Positions 39,864-52,530 of a stretch of 64,000 bases of DNA are shown piece after piece. The first letter of the stretch is position 1. Each line of letters opens with the position of its first letter. The position numbers and the translations under genes are program-made. The DNA is from Eledone cirrhosa (taxonomy: Eukaryota): positions 238,452,001-238,516,000 of the forward strand of contig OZ024740.1 in the NCBI GenBank assembly GCA_964016885.1, written 5' to 3'. Below the pieces are notes generated by a model. It was not told the DNA's origin. It saw only the letters and a list, made by a program, of their open reading frames with translations, and searched no databases.

Positions 39864-40041
39864 TATTTATTAAAATAGACACCAAATACAATTAATACAT
39901 TAAATGCTGATTTACGAACGTTTCATCCCCTTCCTGAAACTTTTCAAAACTAGTTATTTAATAAATCCAGGAAGAGGATGAAATGTTCGTAAATCAGCAT
40001 TTAAATGTATTAATTATATTTGGTGTCTATTTTAATGAATA
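39864..40041. repeat. Inverted repeat with 73-bp arms, next to (TA)n, carrying the hammerhead 3' half GAAACGTTC
   Basis: Arms 39864-39936 and 39968-40041. Confidence 0.85.
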
Positions 40042-40135
40042 TATATATATATATATATATATATCATCATCATCATCATCATCGTTTAAACATCCATTTT
40101 CTACGCTAGCATGGGTCTGATATATATATATATAT

Positions 40136-40320
40136 AAAAAGTAGAAAGTAAACAGAAACAACAAAGCTAACAACACAGTACAATGAAGAAATATATTAGT
40201 TTAACACCTGAAATAATAGGAAAAGTGTTTTAATGTTTTGGACACTACTCCTTCATCAGATGATAAATTGAGAAATAAAAGATGAAATAGCACACGGGCA
40301 TATTTAGTCAGCCATTCGAG
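40136..40320 (-). mobile_element. Solo 3' end of the Penelope-like family, with a decayed hammerhead, ending at (TA)n
   Basis: Minus strand ctgatgaaggagtagtgtccaaaacatta...gttaaactaatatatt...tactgtg...gtttac aligns with 33398-33508. Confidence 0.7.
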
Positions 40321-40463
40321 ATATACATATATTATTATTATTATTATAATCCCGAGGTTAACTTTGCCTTTCATCCTTACGGGGTCGATAAAATAAAGTA
40401 CCAGTAATACACTGGGTAATTGCTGACCTTGTGCCAAAAGTAGAAACAATTATTATTATTATT

Positions 40464-40738
40464 GTTCCTTGAGTCTGAGTCATTGATGTTATTTAACTGG
40501 AAAGTTTGTTGAAATGAATATCAAGCCACTACCTGCAGCCTCAGATATTCAGGATGTATCGGAGGGTTCTTGCTGTTCCCAGCAAGCATGCCTTTTTGAA
40601 GTGTTCCAAAAAGCGGGGCTGGACTAATCTTTAACCATCTTTGGAAACTCTTTGAGTACCTAGTGCGCCTATGATAATCGGGACGACCTTGATTTCATGG
40701 CAGTTCCAAATCCTTTTTAACTCCCACTTTAAGTCCTG

Positions 40739-40740
<2 letters not shown>
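40464..40740 (-). mobile_element. 3' end of an R4/Dong-type non-LTR element (restriction-like endonuclease C-terminus) inside (TAA)n
   Basis: Manual translation YQDLKWELKRIWNCHEIKVVPIIIGALGT...ACLLGTARTLRYILNI*. (TTA)n on both flanks. Confidence 0.82.
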
Positions 40741-40774
<34 letters not shown>

Positions 40775-41214
40775 CTATTGAGGAACCTTCTTTGTTTTAA
40801 TTTTATTGTTACCTTTGTTTTTTAACATTATTAAAATTTTTTTACACACACCAACACATACACACACTCTATGTGTTTCGTTCTATACTGTCATAATGTT
40901 TTTCTTGATGTAAACGCTTTGTGGTTAATAAAGAAAACATTATTATTATTATCATCATTATCATTATAAATTGTATGTTAAAAAAATATATAACACCACC
41001 TTAGAATGACAAGTATTTACAATCAGTAAATGCACTCTGTGCCTTGCCTTGAAACCTATGGTAGAGTTATAAGTGTTTTGAATGTCAGATTCATAACAAC
41101 TTAGCTCTCTTTAATATATTACAAGCTCTTTTTCTTTTTCCTTCTTGTAGGCTCCTTCGCTACACACACATATCATATACAGTATCATAATGGTCAACAA
41201 ATAGAGATTGAGGA

Positions 41215-43521
41215 AAATGTACCAAACATGAAAGAGTAGATACTGGAGTGAATATGACTAAAAGTGGGGTCTCGGGATATGCAACCTATTGCCAGATTTT
41301 ATGGCGTTAGAGGTAGACTACAATATATTTTTTGAACAGGCCCCTCTACCTAAGGCTTGTTACTCTGCATAAAGAATGATAGGGTATGAATGTTTTAATT
41401 GAATCAGACCATACAGCAGTTTTTAGTATTCTAATAATAGACACTCTATTATGAACATCTTCCAGTACAAGATATCCATAAGTATACATAGTATGCAGAG
41501 GTCAGTAATTGATTTTATTATTGTTTCTGATCTCTTCAAACCTGTGTTGGATATTTGAGTTAAGAGAGGGGCTGAGCTGTCAACTGATCAATATTTAGTT
41601 ACCTGCAGTTTGAGACTATTTTAAGTGAAGAAAACCCATAAAACGCTTGAACTACAGGATAAAGTAGAAAGTGCTGGTTGATGAGAAGGTCAGGACCAGG
41701 AATGTGGATAGCTATTGCATCCTAATTCAGAACTCCTTGAACAAAATGAGAACATTGAAAAGAAGACTGCTCAGCTTCGTAGTTTGTGCTTCAGCTGTTA
41801 AATGCTGCGGATGAAACAGCTTGGCGTGGCACCGGGTGACAGAAAGACCCCTTGGTTCAAGCAAGAGGTCAAATAAGCCATCCAAGCAAAGAAGGGAGCT
41901 TACAAAGCTTGGCTTGGAAATAAGTCTTCCTTCTTGTACTCAGCTGACTTCTTAATAAAAATGTTCCCCTCCACACTTATTAAGAACTCGTTTGAAGTGA
42001 GATACATCCACGCAGGTTGGAGAGATTCTTTGCTGATTTCCTTAGTCTGGTCACAACATTGGATATACACGAGATGCATCTAGGGACAAAGACTAATATC
42101 CTGAAAGTTGAGGTCACCAAGACAATTAAAGCACTCATATATGGCAAGGCCTCTGGGAAGGAGGAAATTCGGCCTACGATGTTAAAAGCCTTAAATAGAG
42201 AAGGTATGCTCTGGCTGACTCGTGTGTGCCAAGTGACCTGGAAAGGCACCTAAACAATGGCATTCGCAAGTGAAAATCAAAAATCAATTTTCAAAAAGAG
42301 AGACAAGTGAGATTGCTCCAGTTATATGGGGTATCTCCTTGTTAAGTGTCCCTGGTAAATTCTGTCAAGTGCCTGGCAAAAAGAAGTAGTACAGCCAACC
42401 AAATATTCACTCTGTGGCAGGTCTTTGAGAAATCATGAGAGTATTATCACAAGGTGTATGCTTGTTTCATAGACATTGAAAAGGCATGTGACCGTGTTCC
42501 ACGGGGCATGTTGTGAAGGTTCTGCAGGAATATGGGACTGATAGACAGTTTCTTGTTGTCCTGATGTCTCTATACAAATGCCCTAGGATTTATGTTCAGC
42601 TAAATGGTGTTAAGTCAAAACCATTCAATGTGAGTGTTGGACTCCACCAAGAGCGTGTACTGTCACCTCTCCTATTCATAATTTTTATTGACAGGATTGA
42701 TATGAGCAGCTGAGTTGGAGGTGGTACCAAGACCAGTGGGTGTAGGATCAGTCGGCTGGAATTTGCAGACGACATAGTATTACTCAAGTTGTCGGAAGGT
42801 GATCTCCAATATGTACTGGATAGATTTGTAGCTGAGTGTTGCACGGCAGGAATGAAAATCAGTTCTGTAAAGACTGCGACACTGATCTTCTAGAGAAATC
42901 CTATGGAAAGCACTTTGCATGTGAGTGGAGTTATACTGAAGCAAACTGAGAAGTTCAAATATCTCCGGGCCATTTTTATGAGTGATGGCAGGCAGGAGGT
43001 TGAATTAGATGCAAGAATTGCTGGATTTGATGCGGTGATGTACTAGCTTCAGTACTCAATCATCAGAAGGAGGGTATGTGTAAAAGCCAAACTCACTATC
43101 TTCAATTTGGTGTTCGGGTCTATCCTTATCTTTGGTCATTAATCTTGGGTATTGACCAAAAGAATATGATTGTGAACACAAGTGGCTGAAAAGGGGTTCC
43201 TCTGAAGGGCCTTTGAAGTAATGTTACTCAATAGGGTGCATAGCTCAGAGATCAAGGAGTTACTACTTCAAATCAATAGATCACAGCTCTGATACTACGA
43301 CCATGTGTTTAGAATGTCTAAGGAAAGAACCACTGGACAGATTTTACAGGCAAAGCCAACCAGCAGGGGGCCCAGAGGTAGACCACAAGCAAGATGGTTG
43401 GATAACATCAGAAGCTCAGTTCGTCTCCCCTGCAGATCTAGCCAGATCAACTGGAGACAGTTACATCCCCAACGACCCTTCCAGGAATAAGTAGAAGAGA
43501 AGAAAAAAAGAAGATGATGAT
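41215..43521 (+). mobile_element. Degenerate RTE-clade LINE (second, older family)
   Basis: GAELSTD (APE), FIDIEKA, GLHQ..VLSPLLF, LEFADD and RGPRGRP, with many stops and frameshifts. 3' end aggaataagtagaagag...gatgat. Confidence 0.85.
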
Positions 43522-44624
43522 ATTTTCATTGTATATATATATAGGGGGAAAAAAACAGTTAATAAAACTGTTGAAACCAATTATGATGTTCAAAGACCAA
43601 CTAGTGAATTTGATCAATAAAGGAAATGTGATAAAAAATGCCTGGTTATAAAATATATTTTAATAATTCCTTCATGCCCTATGATCTCGTCCACTTATCT
43701 GAAATTGAGCTTCAGGAACTAGACAAAAAAATAAGCTTCAGAACATTGATTGACCTTTACCAAAAAATGTAGCATTAAAAAAAAAAAAATTTAAATAAAA
43801 AACAATAACAATGGAAGCATTGAGATTGCTTCAACAATCACTGAATTGTGTGACTGAAATACAAATGTAATAACCTGCTTAACTTAACAAGCTATGATTC
43901 CTCAATACTTAACAGTAAGTTCATTCTGTATGCTGATCTGGTGCCACAACAAAAACACAGAGTCCATCCTGTAAATTAGTCATGCTGGTGACTGAACAAA
44001 AAGTGCCCAGTTCACCCTGCTAGGTGATCGTTTAGGTGCTACGATAAAAAGTACCGTCCAATCTGTAATGTGGTTGGCATTAGGAAGGGCATCCAGCTGT
44101 AAAAACCAAGTCAAAATACAGATCTGTATGAGTATGATATGGTCTCTGGACCTGACTTGTCTCATAACATGATAACCCATCTAACCAATGAAAGCATGAA
44201 AAATGGAGGTTAAATGATGACAGTGATAAAACTGGTGCTTGGAACATAACTCAACAAAAGGTTTTATATAAAATTATGATGGAAAGTTTTAAAATAAAAA
44301 TAACTAATTTAAAACGAGAGATTTTGTAAAATAGTAAAATAGAATCATGGCCAGTTTCAGACAGTTTGGTATCAAAAGAGTTAAACTTAAATGACTTAAC
44401 TTATTGATAGTTTTTATGAAATTCTTTACATATATGCACTGATTAACAAACATACATTTACAGTCACAGCAACACATGGGCAGATATACACAACCTTGCA
44501 ATCACTTGCATATATACACAGGAAAAAACTTATGTGTATATATGAATTCATAGACCTCGACAAAAACACACCTAACACACAAATAAATATATACATATAT
44601 GTGCGTGTGTGTGAGGAGGTTTTG

Positions 44625-44985
44625 TACATGGATTATTCTGGAAGTAAAAGTGTTACTCAATAAATTGCGTAACTCAGAGATTAGAGAGTCACTCCAGGTA
44701 GAGCCGCTACTTCGCCGAATTGAGAGATCACAGCTCTGGTACTATGGGCATGCGGTTAGAATGTCTCAGGAAAGAATGGCTGGACAGATCTTACAGGCAC
44801 AACCAGCCGGCTAAAGACCCAGAGGTAGACCCAGAGCAAGATAGTTGGATAACACCCATGAGCTTGGGTATCCAGCTGGATCAATTGGAGACTGTTGCTT
44901 CTGACAAGACTCGCTGGAAAGAGTGTTTGAGGACTCTGCCTCCACAATATTCTCAGGAGTAAGTGGGTGAAGAAGAGAAGAGAAG
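44625..44985 (+). mobile_element. 3' fragment of the 41-43 kb RTE family
   Basis: IERSQLWYYGHAVRMSQERMAGQILQA matches 43270-43400. Confidence 0.8.
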
Positions 44986-45099
44986 GAATTATATTTTGGT
45001 GTTTGAACCTGTTAGCCATATAATTGTTTCTACTTTTGGCACAAGGCCAGCAATTACCCAGTGCATTACTGGTACTTTATTTTAAGTCATATAGTGAGT

Positions 45100-45488
45100 G
45101 GAGGCACATGGCTTAGTGGTTAGAGCATTGGCCTTGCAATCGAAAGGTTGTGAGTTCAATTCTCAGACCGGGTGATGTATTGTTTCCTTGAGCAAGACAC
45201 TTTATTTCACATTGCTCCAGTTTACTCAGCTGTAGAAATGAGATGATAGGGACTGGGGTCCCTATCATTCCACTGCAAAGTGGTCGTGGAGGTGCCACGG
45301 CAAAAAAGCACCCAGCCCACACTGTAAAGTGGACATGGAGGCGCCACGAAAAAAAAAAAGCACCCAGCACTCACTGTAAATGAGGTTGGTGTTAGGAAGG
45401 GTATCCAGCTGTAGAAATCAAGCCAGAATCAGTTCCCGTCCCACCCTTGCAAGCAAGGAAAAGCGGACGTAAAATGATGATGATGATG
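45100..45488 (+). mobile_element. SINE family A, with an internal duplication of about 45 bp
   Basis: Same sequence as 34650, with gccacg...cacccag...cactgtaaa repeated twice. Confidence 0.92.
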
Positions 45489-45824
45489 AATGGCTGTCAT
45501 TTGACCTTTGTATGTAATTAGTGAAAAACAACTCTGCCCTAACCACACAAACTACAGTACTAGAATTATCTGCTAGACACCTGAATTTCATTTGAAGGAC
45601 TTGTTAGAGCTTTGGACAAAATACTTTGCTGCATTTGTTTTAGTTATTTATGTACTAAATTCAAATCTCACCAAGGTCAACTTTACCTTTTACATTTCTG
45701 GGGTTGATTAAATAAAATACCAGTCAACTATTGGAGGTTAATATAATTGACTGTTTTTTCTTCTAAATATCTGACCCTGTGCCTATGTAAGAAATTATTA
45801 ACATTGTTATACATAATGACTTAA

Positions 45825-45998
45825 CCCTCCAGAATTCTCTACCTTTTTCTGTTGAAACTGGCTGTAACTGGTCACTCAAACTGATGTTAAGGTATTGTTT
45901 TCAAAATAAATACTTTCAAAATCTCATAGATTCGATATTATGAGATAAAGCATTTACCATGAAAATATAATAGTATATATAGAGTGAATGCTAAAGGG
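45825..45998. mobile_element. piggyBac-type MITE (internally deleted)
   Basis: Same family, TTAA on both sides. Confidence 0.8.
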
Positions 45999-46049
45999 TT
46001 AAATCTTATTGTTATTTTAGACTTCTTCATAATTAATATATATGCAGCT

Positions 46050-46473
46050 CTCTAAGACAATGTCACTGGACCGAGAACTTTGGTGCCATGCAGTAATACA
46101 GAAGACCCGCCTTGCCTATGTACAAAGCAAAACCTACAGTCAGTAGGCACCTCTTAACCAAATATACACTCCAACCCACTACCCCTACTCCATCCCCCCA
46201 CTCCCACCAACACCACCCTTTCTCTATAAAGTTATGTTGGTACCACTACATCCAGTCCAAGCTAAAGAGGTTGTGTAGGTGTCACGACAAAAAAACACAG
46301 TCCACACAGTAAATATGGTTGGTGTTAGGAAGGGCATCCAGTCATAGAAAACCTGCCAGTTACAGTCCTATATGAGTGAGACACGGTCACCTGATCAATC
46401 TTGCCTCAAGTGGTACAATTCCCGTCTAACCCATGCTAGCGTGGAAGATGGATGTTAAACAATGATGATGATG
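46050..46473 (+). mobile_element. RTE 3' end, tail type B
   Basis: Reverse-orientation homologue of 25763-26290. Confidence 0.75.
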
Positions 46474-46524
46474 AGACAGAGAGACAGAGAGACAGAGAGA
46501 CAGACAGACAGATAGATAGATAGA

Positions 46525-46981
46525 TAGTGGTGTCATCCAGTGCTGGGCTCCAAAAACTGTGTTCCTGCTGTGAGCCAGGCACTCATACTCTGGTTCCACA
46601 TCGTCTAGTATTGGGCTCCTAAACTATGGTTACACCGTGAGATGGGTTCAGTGCAGCCAGCTAACCTGTCCCTCTTCATGGCGGTGCCATCAGATACTGG
46701 AGTACAAAACTATGGCTACGCTGTCAGATGGGTTTAGGCTCCTTGTATCGGTGCCATCCAGTACTGGGGTCCAACTGGCCTCTTTACATCGGGGTGCCAT
46801 CAAACGCCAGGCTCTCCCAAAAAGTGGTTTCGTACTGAGAAGAGTTCGTCGCATGGAGAGTACCCAGCCCCAAAACTGGGGTGCCTCTGTGGGAGGGGTT
46901 TGGCGACACCACATCCCTTCCCATAGTAGTGTCATCCAGTGCCGGGCTCCAAAAACTGTGTTCCTGCTGTGAGCCAGGCAC
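46525..46981. repeat. 399-bp partial tandem repeat with degenerate internal subrepeats
   Basis: A 57-bp direct repeat at 46525 and 46924; follows a (GACA/GATA)n tract. Confidence 0.8.
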
Positions 46982-47614
46982 CGACGTAATCTTCTCTCAA
47001 GTCAACAGCATCTGATCCATCTTATTCCTAATTTCTCACTTAGTTCGTTTATGTTTTGCAGTTCATGTATTACACATCCAACAGAGCATGCATGCTATAT
47101 ATATATATGTGTGTGTGTGTTTGGACGTGTAATTTCTGATGGAGTCACAGGGGCACTGTCATGACATACAAGTGTGTCTTAGGCACCTTAAGCTTAGTGG
47201 AACCCATTCCTTCTCCAGGTCAGAATACAGGAGAAAGATGAAGAGATATAAAGAAAGAAGTGAACCTAGTACTGGACTGCTACTTTTTAATCAACCTAAA
47301 AGGATGAAAGACAAAGTTGACCTCAACGGGATTTGAATTCAAGAAAGCACAGTCAGAATGAATACTACAAAGCATTCTATTCAATGTTCTAATGACTGCC
47401 CATTTGCCAGACTTTTAAATTTGTTCAATAAATAATTTTTTCTAGTTTTGTTTCATATATGAGGCTGAGTTTGTCCTTACCAATATTGAAAATCTAAATA
47501 TATTGAACATGATCAGTAATTTTAACCCTTTCATTACTATATTTCTGATAGAATATATTATATTGATGAAAAATTTTGGAGGGATTCACAAAAATTATTA
47601 TTTCATATTATTTC

Positions 47615-47960
47615 GGAGGCACATGGCTTAGTGGTTAGAGCATTGGCCTTGCAATCGAAAGGTTGTGAGTTCAATTCTCAGACCGGGTGATGTGTTGTTT
47701 CCTTGAGCAAGACACTTTATTTCACATTGCTCCAGTTTACTCAGCTGTAGAAATGAGATGATAGGGACTGGGGTCCATATCATTCCACTGCAAAGTGGTC
47801 GTGGAGGTGCCACGGCAAAAAAGCACCCAGCACTCACTGTAAATGAGGTTGGTGTTAGGAAGGGCATCCAGCTGTAGAAATCAAGCCAGCATCAGTTCCC
47901 GTCCCACCCTTGCAAGCAGGGAAAACGCGGACGTAAAATGAAATGAAATGAAATGAAGAT
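47615..47960 (+). mobile_element. SINE family A
   Basis: Near-identical to the 34650 copy. Confidence 0.92.
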
Positions 47961-48386
47961 GGTATGTGTAACTTAACAAAACTTACTTACATCTAGTAAT
48001 TATGTTGGAAGAATTTGATTTAAATAGAAACCCATTAAAATAGGTGGTTTTTTGGTGGGTTGTATCAAAAATTTAAATATGAGAATTGTTAATAAAAATC
48101 TGAAATTCCTTTAAAATTTAATACTATTCCACCTTGAAAAATAAATTTTGTATAACTAAGATAACCAGATAATATTAGCTTCTGGTCATTCGTCTTATAT
48201 TTAACTGATGAGAAAGACTGGCGTAATAGGCACTATTGCTGGTCAAACAATTGACTGACCATCATTGCTTGCAGTATAAGCATGGGCGGGGTAGAAGCTG
48301 TGATAGTCAATAATTGTCTACTTTGGCAAGCAATGGTGGTGGTCAACTATATTATATTGAACACTGATTGTGTTGGTCAGCCAGAC

Positions 48387-48490
48387 TCCATTACTGTAAA
48401 ATGGTAGTAGAAGCTACGATGGTCAGTCAGTGTTTCCATTACTGTAAAATGGTAGTAGAAGCTACGATGGTCAGTCAGTGTTTCCATTAC
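48387..48490. repeat. 48-bp tandem duplication within a degenerate ggtcagtca repeat region
   Basis: tccattactgtaaaatggtagtagaagctacgatggtcagtcagtgtt twice. Confidence 0.85.
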
Positions 48491-50468
48491 AGCAGCATGA
48501 CAGTCTCCCTGGAACAACATAGCAGTGGAAGAAATATTGGTCAGTCACTCTCCAGGCAATGAAAGCTGTGCTGGTCAGTTAGACTTACACACATACACTG
48601 CTGCAACTAGCCTGACAGACCCTAATAGTCGCCACTGTGTTCACTAAGGCTGATCAGACAGCTTTACTGGACATCGTTTTCTAATGGACAGAAGCAGTAG
48701 TAATTAATTGTAAGACTGATCAAACCTATTTCTCCGTGCTGTCATAGGGAATGTTTCAATTATATTTAAACACACACACACGTGTATTTATCACACTCGT
48801 AGTATATGAATTCATACATATGTATGAATTGCATACACTTATAATGTTTATATTTATATATAGTCGTTGTTTAGTCACAAGTCAACCGTCGAGTCTTTTT
48901 CCTATGTACATAGAACCCAGAATCACATTATACAACGTTTTCTTTATTAAGAAGGTAGAGTGAGTTTTTGAAGATTTGACTATTATTTCTAGCAAATCGA
49001 GCTTCCTCGTTGTCTCAATATACATATTGCATGTTGTGATCGCATCTTAAAGGGACGCAAGTCAAAATAGAGCAAGGGGAAGGAGTGAAGCAGAGTTATA
49101 AATAACTTGTGTAACAGCATGTGAATTGTATTTACTCATTCATAAGTTCCAAGTAGTGACTGAGAAAACTAAAGTTATTTGTTATTTCTAGTTGAAATGG
49201 TATGATAATGGTTATAAAAGAGTAGCATAGGCGGTTATGATATAGTGGAGAGATTGTGTATGTAACATTAGATCAGCTCTGATCGAAGAGACCTAGTGAT
49301 GAAGTCTGAGAGAGACTAATAAGGCCGGTATCTTTGAAACGGTACAGTACAGTAGTTGAGGCATGTAGTAGTATGGTGTACGGTGATATGGTCAGTCCTC
49401 AAATACAGTGGTATGATCAGTTGCTTTAGGGTAGTGGTAAGGTTAACATCTTGTTTGATTCACCTGTAAAAGTTAAGTTCCCCAACAAACAAAATTACTC
49501 TACACGACAGAACAACTTGTCATCTTTAACGAGTTATATTAATTGTCTTTGCCAACACTGACCATCATTAATTTCCTCGGACATAAGTTGGTTTCTTAAA
49601 ATGTAGAAAACTTGATGAGGCCGGTATATATATATATATATATAAAGAAGGGGTGAAAAGAAAGAAAGTATGAATAATGCAAAGGGGTGTCAATGTGGGG
49701 TAAGAAAAGCGAGGGAGGGATAAAAAGAAAGACATGGCAATAGTAATGCGGAGGAAATTGGAAAAAGAGTAAAAGTAAATATTGACATAGAAGAGACTGA
49801 GATGTAGAGTAGGGGAATGAAAAGAAGAAACTGAAAGGTGGTAAGGAAATGGAAAGTGAAAGACAGTGAAATAAAGCAGGAGAAAAAAGAGAGAAGATAC
49901 CAAATAAGAGGAAGAGAAAAGAGAAGGAAAGAAAGACTAATAAAATATGAGAGGGGGAATATAGGTGCAGTTAGAAGTAGGTAAGAGATATATAAGAGAA
50001 GAGAGAGAGGGTGGTGAATAAACATAGGAAAGTTTTTTTATAAAATAAGATTGCAAAGATTTTGTTATCCTCAGGCTTGGAATTAAGATCAGAAGACTAG
50101 CACGGAGATACATTTGGCTAATAAGTCATTAAATATATTGCACAGTTAAAATGTTTCCCACTGTGTTAAACATAAATAGTTTTGCTGACTTGAAATGTCA
50201 ATAGTTTACTTGTTTCTTATCTCTCTCGCTCATTCAGTGACACAAACAAATTATTTACATTCACACACACACACACTTGTGGATAATTTTGGCGGGAGTA
50301 TAGAAAGAGAAAAAAGTCGATGATAACTTTAAAATATTTTTTTTTTAAGAATGAAGATAGTCAGAAAAGATAAAAGCAACAGTATTATGATAAGATGAGA
50401 GAATTTACATAATAACTACAAAGTTAAAATATATTGAAAGCAATGAAAACTATTAAAATGTGTCTGAC

Positions 50469-50558
50469 CTGATCTGACTTGAGTTTTCGAGGTCGTCCAC
50501 GCTTCCTTTTCACTGGCTGGTGGCCACTACTGGCCTGTTCTGCTGCCACATCTGCCAT
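50469..50558 (-). CDS. HMGA-like: Exon 1 of an HMGA-like AT-hook gene (MADVAAEQASSGHQPVKRKRGRPRKLKSDQ)
   Basis: Manual translation. ATG in gaaATGG context, 30 codons, AT-hook KRGRPRK, ending CAG|GTCAGA donor in phase 0, like HMGA2 exon 1. Confidence 0.88.
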
Positions 50559-52358
50559 TTCTATACACGCAATCCCTCAACAATAAACACACGTTACAGA
50601 TGATTTCTCACACAAAAAAGCGATGGACGTAGATGTTTTTGTATTTTTTTTATCAATTGATTTCTTTATAGGTTTTTTTTCTCTCTCCAGCAAATTATTT
50701 TTTCCTCTAACTTAATCTACCTCTGACTGCTTTCACACACCACTCTCTGTAGAAATAATTATCTTACAGACACTCTCTCTCTCTCTTTCTCTCTCCAGCT
50801 TCCTCAACTATACTCCGCTTCCTCCCTTTAGGCTCCCTTATCCTACCTCTACCCTTCCATCTCATTCTTCTCTTACTTTTCTGCTCTGTGCCCTGTTTTG
50901 ACTGTCTTCGTAGTATCTCCTTTCGCTAGTCTCCTATAGATGATGATAGTTGTTATTTAGCCCAAGGTAGGCCTGATTGAGAAAACCTACGATGAAAAAC
51001 ATTCTAGTCCCGACCACCTCGAATTTTATTCCGATATAGTTTCTTCGACTATATTATCCAATATTACCTTTTTTTTTTAAAAGACAGTAGGGTGTGATTT
51101 GAGGGAGATTTAACTGCTATTTCTAGCAGGTCAAACCACCACGTTAATGCCGCTGCTGATGATGTTGATAATAATATCCTTTCAATATCTATTCTTCCAT
51201 ACTCCCTTATTTGTAACATTCCTTCTCTATTTCATGTCACTATTTCAAGATTGACTTACCCAACAACACATGTGGATCAAAATAGACAAACGTTGATAAT
51301 AGTGATGCATCTTCAGATCTGAAACTATTATAGACTATCGCGATAACGCATATTTCCATATCAAATTAAGGTGTGTGTATGTATGCACATATATACTTTA
51401 TTTACTATACACGTGTGTATCAGGGCAGGATTAAGGCCAACAATTCTGACCGTCTATCCTTTTCGTTGTCAGAATGGATGTGAAATAATATATTATAAAA
51501 TCAGTTTCCTTTCAGGTCAGAATTATGAAATATAAACTATTTTTTTTTTCTCTTGTTTACTTATTCAGTATTAGCAATAAGCAAATTATTTACTTTTAAC
51601 AGGACTTTACTTGTTTCGATGAATCTTTCTGTATTAGTATATAAACCCAATTTATATTTTAAGAAAAAGAAGCGGGGAAGAGCTGTACGCCATAAGGAGC
51701 ACTGGTGTTTTCATTTTATTTTATTTTATTTTATTTATTTTATTAACTGTTATAAAGAGAAAATACAATTACCAAAAATATTGAAAAGTGGACTAGGTGT
51801 ATTTTTCTACAGAAATCGTTCTTAGCCATCAAAAAGAATTAACGAAAGAATTATTTGTACGAAGTCTTTGTATTACATTGTTTATACTTAAAACTTTATA
51901 CTTTAAAAAGTTTTCTCTTGTATTGATTTTTTTCCTCATTTTTGTGCAGTATTTGATTAAATACTCAAAACTTATCTGGCGTGATAAATTATTTATTTTA
52001 TGATCTATTCACATACATGATGTTCTGACTTTTAATGTACTTCGAATGAGGGGTCTATGCTAACTCACATTTATACAATGTTCTATTTAACTAATTTTCA
52101 TTGATCTTTTATGTAATAATTGTTTCTACTTTAGGCACAAGGCCAGCAATAACCCAGTGCATTACTGGTACTTTATTTTATCGACCCCATAAGGATGATC
52201 TTTTATGTAATATTTCAAATACCTACCTCTTCATTTTGTTAATATTAAGTAATTTATTTAATGAGAAATTCATAAATTTACTTGTTACATTAATATAGAC
52301 TAAATCTTTAATTCAAAACGCTAACAAAAACAATAAACGAACTAAATTATATATATAT

Positions 52359-52530
52359 ATAGGAAAAAGTTCAAGACCCCGACGGCTATTTCTGGACTCA
52401 TGTCGAAACGGCTTGAGCTCTGCCGTCGGGGTCTTGAACTTTTTCCTATTACCCACTCTACTACCCTAAGTATTGAGTACTCTGGTGCGTTATGGTCCAC
52501 CTGGTTCCTTACCACACTTCCTTCGTTATA
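52359..52530 (+). mobile_element. TA-flanked hairpin element with hammerhead stem III (copy 1)
   Basis: Hairpin 52359-52449 contains GAAACGGC-ttgagctct-GCCGTC. Its 80-bp tail matches 59938-60017 in reverse. Confidence 0.75.
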
